Under the pieces are notes generated by a model, which did not search any database, had not been told where the DNA came from, and saw nothing but the letters and a program-made list of their open reading frames with translations. The translations under genes and the position numbers were made by a program. 64,000 bases of DNA from an uncultured Erysipelotrichaceae bacterium (lineage in GTDB: Bacteria; Bacillota_I; Bacilli_A; Erysipelotrichales; Erysipelotrichaceae), in contig CANOSP010000011.1 of assembly GCA_947569705.1 (NCBI GenBank), positions 485-64,484 of the forward strand, written 5' to 3'. Shown here piece by piece: positions 1 to 10,300 of this stretch; position 1 is the first letter of the stretch; every line of letters starts with the position of its first letter.

Positions 1-3000
1 TCCGGTTCATCTCCTTCATCAAATACCATTGTATCATATTGGAAATCTCCATCCACATTTTTATCAGGCTTCCATTCAGTGATTTCTTTAATGTTTTCAT
101 CTGCTTTTCCGTCTCCATCGGTATCCACATTGACATCCGGTTTACCGTCACCGTCACTGTCGATGCTTATATCAGGAATACCATCACCATTACTGTCAAT
201 ATTGATGTCCGGCACATTATCACCGTCTAAATCTATATTGATATCCGGTCTGCCGTCTTCATCTGAATCAATGTTAATAGATGGTTTTATTTCTTTTCCG
301 ACCGAATCATAAGTGAAATTAATTTGTTTATAATCCTTGATCGGTTTCCATGAATGCATTATAGCGATATTCGTCATTGGTTTTTGAGCATCTTTAGAAA
401 TATTGATATGAGGTTTAAAATCACCTTGATTATCAATATTGATATTCGGAATTCCATCATCGTCAGTATCCACATTAATCACTGCTTTTACACTTGTGCC
501 TGTGCAGTATTCCTCAGGGAATCCGTTATCAATATCTTGTTTCACACACTTGGTTGGTTTCCAATCCGTTTTCTTTAGAATCACTAAGTTAAGATCAGGT
601 TTACCATCATGATCGGTGTCGATGTTCAACTCAGGCTTCCCATCCCCGTTACTATCAATATTTAAGTCGGGGATACCATCACCGTCACGATCTCCGTTAA
701 TCACAATCCATTTACTTTCATCGTTTGTATCTTTCCACTTAATGTTTAAATCAGGACAACCGTCACCATCAGGATCATTGAAATCAGGTTTGCCGTCACC
801 ATCCACATCGACATCAATTTTCTTCAGTTCTAGTTCATGACAGCTTTCGGTATTTGTATTACCTGCATTGTCCGTGGCAATAACACAAACTTTATATTTG
901 CCTGTTGTTTCACTGATGGTAATGCTTGCCTTTTCTTTAGTGACACTTAATTTGCCCTCTTTCATCAGTTCTTCACCTGAGCGAGCAACGGTATCCAGCT
1001 TATATACCTTATAGCTGATTTCCTTTGTGCCGCTGACTTTTAGATTATCTTTCGCATCACTTGTGGTAATCTCAAATGCCGTTCCCGGTTTAAAGAAGAT
1101 GCCGCCGCTGATTTTATTAATAATATCCTGTAACTTATTATTCGTATCCTTTGCCTTAATACCTTTTACTTTTGGCGCAGTTTTATCGATCTTGACGAGT
1201 TCTTCTTTTTCCTTAGTGATCGCTCCGCTTTCCTTCTTCATCCAAAAGCTTTGATTTGTTTCGCCTTCTTTGGATACTGTGACTTCATTCGGTTTCCATG
1301 TGCTTTGATCCAGTGACAAGTTGATATATTCGATATGATCGCTGATGATATTTACATCTTGATTCGTCCACTTGCCTGCATAGGCTGTATTGTTTCCGTC
1401 ATTGATTTCTAAATGATACCAATCATCTTCAATCACATCTTCATTCACTATCAATGTTCCGTCTTTATATTTAAAAGTGTAATTCGGATAAGCTCTGTTT
1501 AAGGCGGTTGCGTCTCCCTTGATCGCATATCCCCCTGCTTCACTGCTTGCTTTTGCGGTAGTGCTTAGCTTTATATCATTCTCTTGAATAATATCCTGCG
1601 TTCCGTTCCATGAGACTAATTTAGATCTAAAATCTTGATAGGTCAGAACAGGATTTGCTTCACCTTTTAATCTGTCCTTATTATCAACGATAATTTCAAT
1701 ACTTTTCGGCAGCACTTGTACACTGACGAGTTTACTCAATGGTTTCTCTGAATCGGCAGTTCGCGTTACTTTGATGTTGATGCTGACATTGCCGCTTGCC
1801 TTTAATGCATCAAACTCCGCACTGTTTCCGTTAATCGTTGGGTTCGAAATATATGTGGTATTATCTACTTCAAACTGATACTGCACATTCGTACTGCTTG
1901 AATCATCCTGAAGACTGCTGATAGTGAAGTGATCTCCGTAGATAATTCTTCCCATATTCGTTACCGCCAGTTCACTTTCTTTTGAACCCAGTATGTGTAA
2001 AGTTCCGTCTGCCTCTGCTTTCTCATAATTGCGGTTTCCTTGTTTTAATACATGAAGCTGTATATCCTTGCCTTCTTCTTCCGAATAGCTGTAATGGATT
2101 GTTTTTCCGTCATTCGTATATGCGATATTATTATCAACACTTGTATCAACAGAGATATAATACTTCATATCCGGAACACTTGCTCCGCCCTCATTGCTTG
2201 AAATATCCTGTTCTAAAATAATCGGATCTACGGAACCGTCACCATTTGCCACATAGGTGACTTCTTTGAAGGAGATCGTTTGTTGTGCCTTTGTAATATT
2301 GATCGGCAATTCAATTATTTTATCACTGAAATTGCCGCTTGGATCATGACTTACCGCTTCGACAATCACTCTGCCGATTTGACTCGGAGTCAGTGTCGCG
2401 TTCAGTACAGTCACCGATCCATTCGCATCGACTGCTATTACATCGGTAGGACTTCCCGCTTTTAAACGATACGTTACACTGCTTCCGGTCGGATTTCCTG
2501 CCGTATATAATTGAAAACTCTTGCCTTTCGCATATACTTCACTGTATGCCGCATAAGCATCACCCGTTTTAGTTAATTCATTTCCTGCTTCATCCGTATA
2601 GATGAAATTTTGCGCTCCGGCTGTAACTGTGAATTCCAGTTCTGCGATCGCATTTGCTTGTCCGCTGATTCCTTGCTTTTCGGCAACGATGATTGTTGTT
2701 CCTACTGAATGAATCGTTACTGCGCCGGTACTTTCATTTACTTCTATGATTCCGGTTGAACCACCCTTAATGCGGTACTTCACCGGGTTCGGATTGGTGC
2801 TTCCCTTTACCGTCGCATATACCTTTACGCCTGTATCGGTTAAAGACACACTCTTTTTCGTAATCATATTCACTGCCGCACTTGTTTCATAGAAATACAG
2901 CGGTTCCGCATCAGCTTCCTCTACCTTTACCGTTACCTCTAAATCCTTAGAACTCCAATGATCAGATACAGTTACTGTAAAATGATATTCCCCTACCGAT

Positions 3001-5180
3001 AACTTGCCTTTGGTGGTTATATCACCCGTACTTGCATTCACCGCAAAGAAATTGGCATTTCCTCCGGGTTTCAATCCATAAGTATACTCATAATTACTGC
3101 CGCCGATTGTCGTAGGAGTACCGGGCATACCGGTGATTTTAGCAACCTTACCGTTCATTTGAACATTTGCCTGATTAGCGGTAAAGGTCGGAATCGTATT
3201 ATCCTTAGAACCACTCGCCGGATTTACGACACCGTTTACCTCTTTATAAATAATAATTTCTTTCTTTGTCGTTGCCGGGAGATAGTTATCATTACCGCTG
3301 CTCGGATCATCAGCAGCTGTCGCGCTGATTTCTACCTTACCGAAGTCGCCGTTTCCCTTGTAAGTAATTCTGCCCGTATCAGCATCTATATCAATTAAGC
3401 CAAAATCACCGCCGGTCACCTCATAAGTTATTTTAGGACCCTTTGGATTTGCCGTCGCTGTTTCGCTCCACGCTGTTCCTGCTTCAGCGATTGATTTTGT
3501 CGTTTGTGCTTGATCATCAAAACTTACCGTCAAGTTTGTTTTCGCTACAACAAGTGTAGTGCATACCTTAGAATCAGATGTTTCCGGAACAGGATCTCCG
3601 TACATATCCACCGCAGACACACAAAACTTATGATTTCCTGCTTTTAAGCTGCCGTTGACAACATCAGGTCCGTTACTTTTGATTTTAACATTCAATGATG
3701 TACCGGTAGAAGCACCGCTGCTGTTTAAACCGTCAATTTCAAAGTTTTGATAAGTATTATCACCGTTTGATTCTACTGTATAAGTAAGCGGCATTAAGCC
3801 TTGTCGATTCACGATAATGGTACCTATTGTCTGCCCTGCATTAACATTCTTGCTGAACTCATATTCCTTTCCGCTGCTCGCACCACTTTGCGGCTGCTTG
3901 GTATAAGTCAATTTATGAGATTCTATAATCTCTAACGGCATAATGTTAGAAATCGCAGAGCTTTCCACAGGCAGTTGTGAAGAAGCTTCATATTCTTCAT
4001 TGATAACAGCTAATTGATACTTTCCGACAGCCACTCCTGTGAGATCTAACGAATATTCATTCAATCCGCTTTTCGTCAAATCACCTAACTTATAATACTT
4101 TATCTCTGTGGCAGCTTCATTGTATAAAAGAATGGATAATCTTGTATTAGTTCCTGTATTTGCATCAACCGATAAAGTAATTGTACTGTCTTTCACTACC
4201 TTTTGTGTTGTCTGTGCTTTATATTTGATATTATTCAAACTTGCCGTTAAATTAGAAACAATTCTTAATTTATTAGGATTCAGTTCATTTTTTAAATTCA
4301 AATTCACCGTATCAACTTCATAGCTATGCCAATTACCGTCTGTATAAGAAGTGTTAGCCGCAAAATTAATTTTAGTACGATCGATTGTTGCGAAAGGTCT
4401 CAGACCTAATGTATTAATAGTAGCCTGATTTTGCGGCCAACGCTTTGCCGCAATACTGTCTATCATATTTGTAACAGAATTTAAAACCTCACCGGTATCT
4501 AACACGGTCATGTTCCCTCTGTCAGCATTGCCGACAGAATTTCCGATATTCACTTGTCGTATATTGAAATAACCATTTTTCGTAGAGTCATCAGCGGAAT
4601 TTGGAAATCTTCCCGCACCGTCCAGCCAATAGCCAAAATCATTTTGATTCGTATCTTTATAGGCACGATCATTGGTAGTTAAGCCGAGTGTACCGCCGTT
4701 CATGACAGCACCGACGGTCGGTAAAAACGGAGCTAAATTCAAAATAGGAGTTTCTTTTGAAGTAAGTTGAATTTTAGCAACTTCTTCCTTAAGCGGTGTA
4801 ACAGGACAATAAGGGATATAATAAATATTTTTATTAAAATACTTCAAGCAATATTTTTCACGCATTGCCGGATCTGTTTGAATGGTCGTTGATATTTTAT
4901 TAGGGTTATTACTTTCGTCATCCTCTTTTGATAAAATCGCCATATTAGTAATCGGCTTACTGCTCATAATCACATAATCATCTGTGTCTTTACCAATATC
5001 CCATATGATTTCATTACCGTTATATTCACCCAGGACTATTTTTTGCCCGCTTTGAAGATTAAAGGACGGTGCAGACTGTGCATGTAAAGTAGCCACCACT
5101 CCGATATTATTTACATACATATATGTTATCAATACAGTGCCTAATAAGAACAAAGAGGTCGCTAATATCTTTTTCCACAT
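1..5180 (-). CDS. Giant surface/adhesin-like protein, paralog 1 (runs off the left edge; absent from the ORF track)
   Basis: Manual translation from ATG 5180 (RBS AAAGGA): MWKKILATSLFLLGTVLITYMYVNN... signal/TM segment, DUF6273-like head (LGEYNGNEIIWDIG...YWL...GLRPFATID), Ig/cadherin-like and MBG-like stalk, DxDGDG repeats. The frame at position 3 (..DGDFQYDTMVFDEGDEP) matches the 5180 start and the C-terminal region of 7320-13457. Not every codon was checked. Confidence 0.85.
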   Translation of the reverse strand, partial: MWKKILATSLFLLGTVLITYMYVNNIGVVATLHAQSAPSFNLQSGQKIVLGEYNGNEIIWDIGKDTDDYVIMSSKPITNMAILSKEDDESNNPNKISTTIQTDPAMREKYCLKYFNKNIYYIPYCPVTPLKEEVAKIQLTSKETPILNLAPFLPTVGAVMNGGTLGLTTNDRAYKDTNQNDFGYWLDGAGRFPNSADDSTKNGYFNIRQVNIGNSVGNADRGNMTVLDTGEVLNSVTNMIDSIAAKRWPQNQATINTLGLRPFATIDRTKINFAANTSYTDGNWHSYEVDTVNLNLKNELNPNKLRIVSNLTASLNNIKYKAQTTQKVVKDSTITLSVDANTGTNTRLSILLYNEAATEIKYYKLGDLTKSGLNEYSLDLTGVAVGKYQLAVINEEYEASSQLPVESSAISNIMPLEIIESHKLTYTKQPQSGASSGKEYEFSKNVNAGQTIGTIIVNRQGLMPLTYTVESNGDNTYQNFEIDGLNSSGASTGTSLNVKIKSNGPDVVNGSLKAGNHKFCVSAVDMYGDPVPETSDSKVCTTLVVAKTNLTVSFDDQAQTTKSIAEAGTAWSETATANPKGPKITYEVTGGDFGLIDIDADTGRITYKGNGDFGKVEISATAADDPSSGNDNYLPATTKKEIIIYKEVNGVVNPASGSKDNTIPTFTANQANVQMNGKVAKITGMPGTPTTIGGSNYEYTYGLKPGGNANFFAVNASTGDITTKGKLSVGEYHFTVTVSDHWSSKDLEVTVKVEEADAEPLYFYETSAAVNMITKKSVSLTDTGVKVYATVKGSTNPNPVKYRIKGGSTGIIEVNESTGAVTIHSVGTTIIVAEKQGISGQANAIAELEFTVTAGAQNFIYTDEAGNELTKTGDAYAAYSEVYAKGKSFQLYTAGNPTGSSVTYRLKAGSPTDVIAVDANGSVTVLNATLTPSQIGRVIVEAVSHDPSGNFSDKIIELPINITKAQQTISFKEVTYVANGDGSVDPIILEQDISSNEGGASVPDMKYYISVDTSVDNNIAYTNDGKTIHYSYSEEEGKDIQLHVLKQGNRNYEKAEADGTLHILGSKESELAVTNMGRIIYGDHFTISSLQDDSSSTNVQYQFEVDNTTYISNPTINGNSAEFDALKASGNVSINIKVTRTADSEKPLSKLVSVQVLPKSIEIIVDNKDRLKGEANPVLTYQDFRSKLVSWNGTQDIIQENDIKLSTTAKASSEAGGYAIKGDATALNRAYPNYTFKYKDGTLIVNEDVIEDDWYHLEINDGNNTAYAGKWTNQDVNIISDHIEYINLSLDQSTWKPNEVTVSKEGETNQSFWMKKESGAITKEKEELVKIDKTAPKVKGIKAKDTNNKLQDIINKISGGIFFKPGTAFEITTSDAKDNLKVSGTKEISYKVYKLDTVARSGEELMKEGKLSVTKEKASITISETTGKYKVCVIATDNAGNTNTESCHELELKKIDVDVDGDGKPDFNDPDGDGCPDLNIKWKDTNDESKWIVINGDRDGDGIPDLNIDSNGDGKPELNIDTDHDGKPDLNLVILKKTDWKPTKCVKQDIDNGFPEEYCTGTSVKAVINVDTDDDGIPNINIDNQGDFKPHINISKDAQKPMTNIAIMHSWKPIKDYKQINFTYDSVGKEIKPSINIDSDEDGRPDINIDLDGDNVPDINIDSNGDGIPDISIDSDGDGKPDVNVDTDGDGKADENIKEITEWKPDKNVDGDFQYDTMVFDEGDEP

Positions 5181-5445
5181 ATCACTCATATCCTTTCTAT
5201 CAAATATTTATATAAATAAAGTTAAAGTATAAGCAGCTTCCCATTTGCTGCTTTACAATTTCTGTATATACAAAACATAAAACCCATAAAATCATAAACA
5301 AAAAAAGCGGTGTTATACGGTTATAACATATACTCTTCCACCCAAACGACGATATCAAATTCAAAAAGGATTAAAAATATACAAAAAAAATATCAATTTT
5401 TTAGAACATCAAAATCAACCCAAATAAAACTGTTTTTCGGCCGCA

Positions 5446-6492
5446 TCAAAGCTGATTGAAACTGTTCTCTACAAGCTCTTTAAAAGGCATATTCCAATAA
5501 TAAGTATAAAGCAGTTCATAATACGTTCCACCGTATTGCTTTAAGGAATCATGAACCGCAAAAAGTTGGTTCAGCTGTTCTTGACTCAGCTTTTTAATGT
5601 CATCTTCACAATGCGCATAATTTAATAAAATTTCATAAGCTTCTCTCGGAGTATGAATCGGTATATTCTCAAAATATAAATCTGAAAATAATGCTTTACC
5701 GTCAATACGTTCTTGATCAGAACGATAATTCTCAGTTAATTGATAACCTCCGTACAAAGTACCTCCGCACATTAATACAATCATTGCGATTTTCACATAG
5801 GGCAGTGCATAAGAAAACATATGCAATGGATAAGAAAACCACGTTTGATAAGAAACCGGCGCCAGTGAGGCACATGCCGTTACTAACAGTGCTTCTATAG
5901 AAGATGCTCTGAAAGACAGTTTAATATCATTTTCCTTTTCGTATTGCTCAATCGCTTCTTTGAGATATTTTTTGCCGTAAAGCAATCGACTTTTCACTGT
6001 TCCCAAAGGGCAATGAAGCAATTCGGAAATTTCTTTATTATTTAACTGAACAAAGAAATATAAAATCAGCACTTCTCGATACTGCGGTTTTAACTCTAAC
6101 AAGCATCTTTGAAGAATCTGCATATCCGTAGAATAATGATTCATATATTCAGGACAATATTCCATTCGATCTTCTGTTTCATTGCTTAATATTTCAAGCT
6201 GAGAATCACTCATTTGCTGATCTCTTTTTCTTCTTAGCATTGTTATGGTTTTAGAATGTGCAATTTTTCCGATCCAAGCTTTAAACTGCGTCGGATCTTT
6301 TAACGCTGATATTGATCGCTGTACCTGTACAAAAGTTTCCTGTACTATTTCTTCCGCATCCGCATGATTTTTTGTCAGTTGAAAAGCAATATAATAAACC
6401 AGACGACGATAACGGTTGTATAGTTCATTAAAAGCTGTTTCATCATTTTCCTGTAAACGAAGGACCAGTTGCGTCAGTGTTGATTTTTTCAT
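5446..6492 (-). CDS. ECF-type RNA polymerase sigma factor with C-terminal TM segment and extra domain
   Basis: Region 2 (AFNELYNRY..DAEEIVQETFVQV..FKAWI..IA) and region 4 (YREVLILYFF..LNNKEISELLHCPLGTVKSRL). Hydrophobic IAMIVLMCGGTLYGGY follows. Start set at ATG 6492 after AAAGGA (ORF track start 6507). Confidence 0.9.
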   Translation of the reverse strand: MKKSTLTQLVLRLQENDETAFNELYNRYRRLVYYIAFQLTKNHADAEEIVQETFVQVQRSISALKDPTQFKAWIGKIAHSKTITMLRRKRDQQMSDSQLEILSNETEDRMEYCPEYMNHYSTDMQILQRCLLELKPQYREVLILYFFVQLNNKEISELLHCPLGTVKSRLLYGKKYLKEAIEQYEKENDIKLSFRASSIEALLVTACASLAPVSYQTWFSYPLHMFSYALPYVKIAMIVLMCGGTLYGGYQLTENYRSDQERIDGKALFSDLYFENIPIHTPREAYEILLNYAHCEDDIKKLSQEQLNQLFAVHDSLKQYGGTYYELLYTYYWNMPFKELVENSFNQL

Positions 6493-6650
6493 ACAAATTC
6501 CTTTCATAACAATTTACTTTATTTTAAAATAACATTTTTATCATTTTTTGTAAATATGTAAATTCTGTAAGAATAATAGAAATCCTCTGAAAAACTGTAA
6601 AACAAATAAAAAAATTTGCTTTTTACAAAACAACATGTGATTTTAAATTT

Positions 6651-6676
6651 AAAAAAAACAGAGATAGTTCCCTGTT
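6651..6676 (-). terminator. Intrinsic terminator after 6688-7200
   Basis: AACAGGGA-ACTA-TCTCTGTT followed by a T run on the minus strand. Confidence 0.65.
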
Positions 6677-6687
6677 AAAATGTAAAA

Positions 6688-7200
6688 TTAATCCGCGATA
6701 TTTTTTATTTTTGTATCATGACGAAGACTCGTCATCATATGAGTAATACCGATATATGCCGTTGCGTCGATTATGATTGCTTTTTTACTTGCTTTGGGAT
6801 GGATTTTCCACAGTGCGACAACCTTACGATTTCCTTCCTTAAAAAGAAAGTGTTTCTTAACCTCTACGATCGCATTAATATCATCATAAGCAAGCCGTTT
6901 TTTACGCATATTTAAGAATGTGTAATCGATTAAACCGTATTCGTAAAATTCAATTTTGTCAAGCAAAGTAGATAATTGAAATAAAGCAAGAAACGCAAAA
7001 ACAAGAAGCAGTATAACTGCAATCACATCCTCTGATACTTCAATTGATAAAAAGATGGCAACGATAAAGATTATCATAACAATTGTAAAAATTATCGGCA
7101 TCATTTTTTTACTTTCCCCAACCATCTTTAAGGAACCGAAATCTTGATCTGTTCCGCTGATTCCATCTTGTTGAGTAGACAGTTTTCTTTTATATTCCAT
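6688..7200 (-). CDS. Hypothetical membrane protein (2 TM plus soluble C-terminal domain)
   Basis: 170 aa ORF with RBS GAGGT and two hydrophobic stretches. Confidence 0.7.
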   Translation of the reverse strand: MEYKRKLSTQQDGISGTDQDFGSLKMVGESKKMMPIIFTIVMIIFIVAIFLSIEVSEDVIAVILLLVFAFLALFQLSTLLDKIEFYEYGLIDYTFLNMRKKRLAYDDINAIVEVKKHFLFKEGNRKVVALWKIHPKASKKAIIIDATAYIGITHMMTSLRHDTKIKNIAD

Positions 7201-7292
7201 AAGTTAAACCTCATTTCTCTAATAGTTTATCATTTTTCAGCGTAAGTATCAATGATGAGACTGAATGATGTTAAAACATTTACAAACAAGCG

Positions 7293-7317
7293 AAAAAGAG
7301 CGGAGCTTAATCCGCCC
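7293..7317 (-). terminator. Intrinsic terminator after surface protein 2
   Basis: GGGCGGA-TTAAGC-TCCGCTC-TTTTT just after the stop codon. Confidence 0.7.
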
Positions 7318-7319
7318 TG

Positions 7320-10300
7320 TTATTCAGATAAATGACTTGTTTTTCTTTTGTATAACAGATAGAAAGTGATTCCAAACGAGAATAAACACAGACCGCTGTA
7401 CATCATTAAATTAGTTGCGTCACCTGTATTTGCTCCGCCCATGCTTGTAACGGGATTATACATGCCTTTTACGGATGTATCGAGTTTATCCGCTTGAGGT
7501 TCATCGTTCTTAGGCACAGTAGGATCATTTGGTTCTTCCGGTTCTTCAGGGTTTTCAGGATCTTCCGGTTCATTAGGTTCACTGAAATCCATAATATCAT
7601 ACGGATAATCTCCTTGAATGGTTTTGTTTGGTTTCCACTCTGTTATTTCTTGGATATTATCTTCCGGGACACCGTCACCGTCCTTGTCAATATTAATATC
7701 CGCAACGCCGTCTCCGTCACTATCGATATTAGTGTTAGGAATTCCGTCGTCATCCGTATCAATATTAAGATCAGGGATACCATCTCCGTCTATATCTACA
7801 TTCACATCAGGAAAGCCGTTGCCGTCAGTGTCAATATTCCAAACCGGCTTGATTTTTTCCGTATCGTAGAGGAATTTATTTGATGTATAATCCTGATTTG
7901 GTTTCCATGTATCATGTTCCGCTACATTTAACATAAAGCCGACTTTTTGGATATTAATATCCGGCTTCATATCGCCGTCGGTATCGATATCAATATCAGG
8001 AATTCTATCCCCATCGGTGTCAATGTTGATTAATGGTTTTACACTTGTACCGGTACAGTATTCTTCTAAGATTCCGTTATCAACATCTTGTTTCACACAC
8101 TTGGTCGGTTTCCAATCTGATTTTTTAAGAATCACTAAATTAAGATCAGGTTTGCCGTCATTGTCTGTATCAATATTCAAGTCAGGTTTCCCATCCCCGT
8201 CACTGTCAATATTCAAGTCAGGGATACCATCATAATCTCTGTCACCGTTAATCACAGTCCATTTCTTTGTATCATTTGGATCTTTCCACTTGATATTTAG
8301 ATCAGGACATCCATCACCATCCGGATCATTGAAATCAGGCTTACCGTCACCGTCCACATCGACATCGATCTTTTTGATGTTTAGGTCTGAGCACTTTTCT
8401 TCGGATTCATTCGTCGCATTGTCTATCGTTGTTGCACACACTCGATAGTTTCCGATATTGTTAATCTTGAAGCTCAGTATCTTATTCGTTCCCGGTTTTG
8501 CACTCTTTTCTTCTATCGGTGTTGTGCTTGTCATCATGCCTTGCGCATCTAATTCATAGACCTGATAGCTGACTTCCTTGACTTCACTCACCTTTACCGT
8601 TGCTCTTGTGTTTGGCTGAGGATCTTCTGTTTTGATCTCTACCTGCACTCCCGGTTTAAAGTAATGTCCTAAGGTGATTTCATTTAAGATATTGGATACT
8701 CCGTCTTGATTTACAGGATAGCCTGTGATACTTACAATCTTCGGTTTCATCATATCTATCTTTACATGATCTTGAAGCTTTTCACTGATCGCTCCTTTAT
8801 GCAAACTTGTACCGCTCGGATCGATTCTGAAGTAGATGTCTGTTTCATTGTCATCTTCTTTGTTTATTGTAAAGCGCTGCTTGTTCGCATTCGTAAATGT
8901 CACTGTATCTGATATTTGGTCATACACTCCTGCACTTGCCGTGGTGTTCGCTGTATCAATCACTACATCGACTAGATAGTTATGCCACTTATCTGATGTT
9001 ACTGTATTTCCGTCCGGATCCTCTAAATGATACCAACTGTCACTTGGTTCATCTTGTTTGATTGTCAAGCTTCCTGATTCAAGCTTGATTTCATAATGCT
9101 TCGTATTTCCGTTCAATTCATTTGTGCCATAGCTTCCGCTGATGTCATACTTTCCTGTTGTTTTTGTATCTTTAATTGCTTTGCCGTTTTGTTTTGCACT
9201 TGTATTCTTAGGAATCGGAAAATCATTCATACTGTCAGTAAATGCAAATGCATTCGTACTAGGCTGTTTGAATTTGTATGTCGGGAAGGCTTCTCCCACA
9301 TAGATTTCTTCATCCTCATAGGTTAAGGTGATTGGTTTCTTTTTTACAATGATAATCTGTTCTCCATAGTCTCCGCCGATCGCATTACAATCATCCACTG
9401 CCGGATCAAATGCATCCTTTGTCTGACATACCTTTATGATTACCTGTCCGCTTCCGATTGCCGTTATCGGCTGACTTGTTTTCGTATTCACCGCTGCCGT
9501 ATTAACATCAAGTATACTTGTATCATCGACATAGAAATACACAGGTACTCCATTCTTATAGCCACTTGTTATTTTTGCCTCTATGTTTGTATCTCCATAG
9601 GTCATGCCGGGGGCATACAGATTTAAACTTGTCGGCGGTCGATCTGTTGTTTCCAATATCGTTGTGGCTTGTTTACTGTTATAGTTTCGATCCTCAGGGG
9701 ATGTGGCTGTTAAGGTTGCGGTACCTGCTTTCCCTAAGGTTTTGAAGCTTTGATCTTGTCCGCTGATCGGTGGTTGTGCTTCGGCAATCGTATTATCACT
9801 GCTTGATAACAATACATCTCCCTGACTCAGCTTGCCGTTATAGGTTGGCTGGATCGTTGCCGGTGTTTTCCCAATCGTCCATTTCGGTGTATTCACAAAG
9901 GCAAAGTCCTTTTGTTCTGCTTTTTCAATGACGATCTTCGCATAGATGCATTGTGCCGCATAACCGTCATGTGCATTCATACATGCTTTTACATATGCAT
10001 CGCCGCCGTTTCCGTAATCTCCGTCCGGATCACTGGCATTGATGATATTGAAATGATTCAAGTTATTATGATCAATCACATCTTCATCTACACTGATTCC
10101 TGTTGATTCAGCGATCGTTACTTCGCTGTATGTGGAATCAATATTCGTCTTTACATCGATTGTTCCGTTTTGTTCATACGTCTTTTTATACACCGGTACA
10201 TTCTTTGTTCCATACGTATCGCTGAGTGCCAACTTCGTTCCTGCGATAGGATCAATAAAGTAGAAATCTGCCTGTGCATCCACTATCACAATAATCACAT

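Noticed and set aside
5190-6690. Shared promoter motif for the first sigma/adhesin pair; TTGTAAAGCA at 5249-5258 and 62882-62891
   Set aside because: Only short AT-rich matches with inconsistent spacing; not distinguishable from chance by eye.
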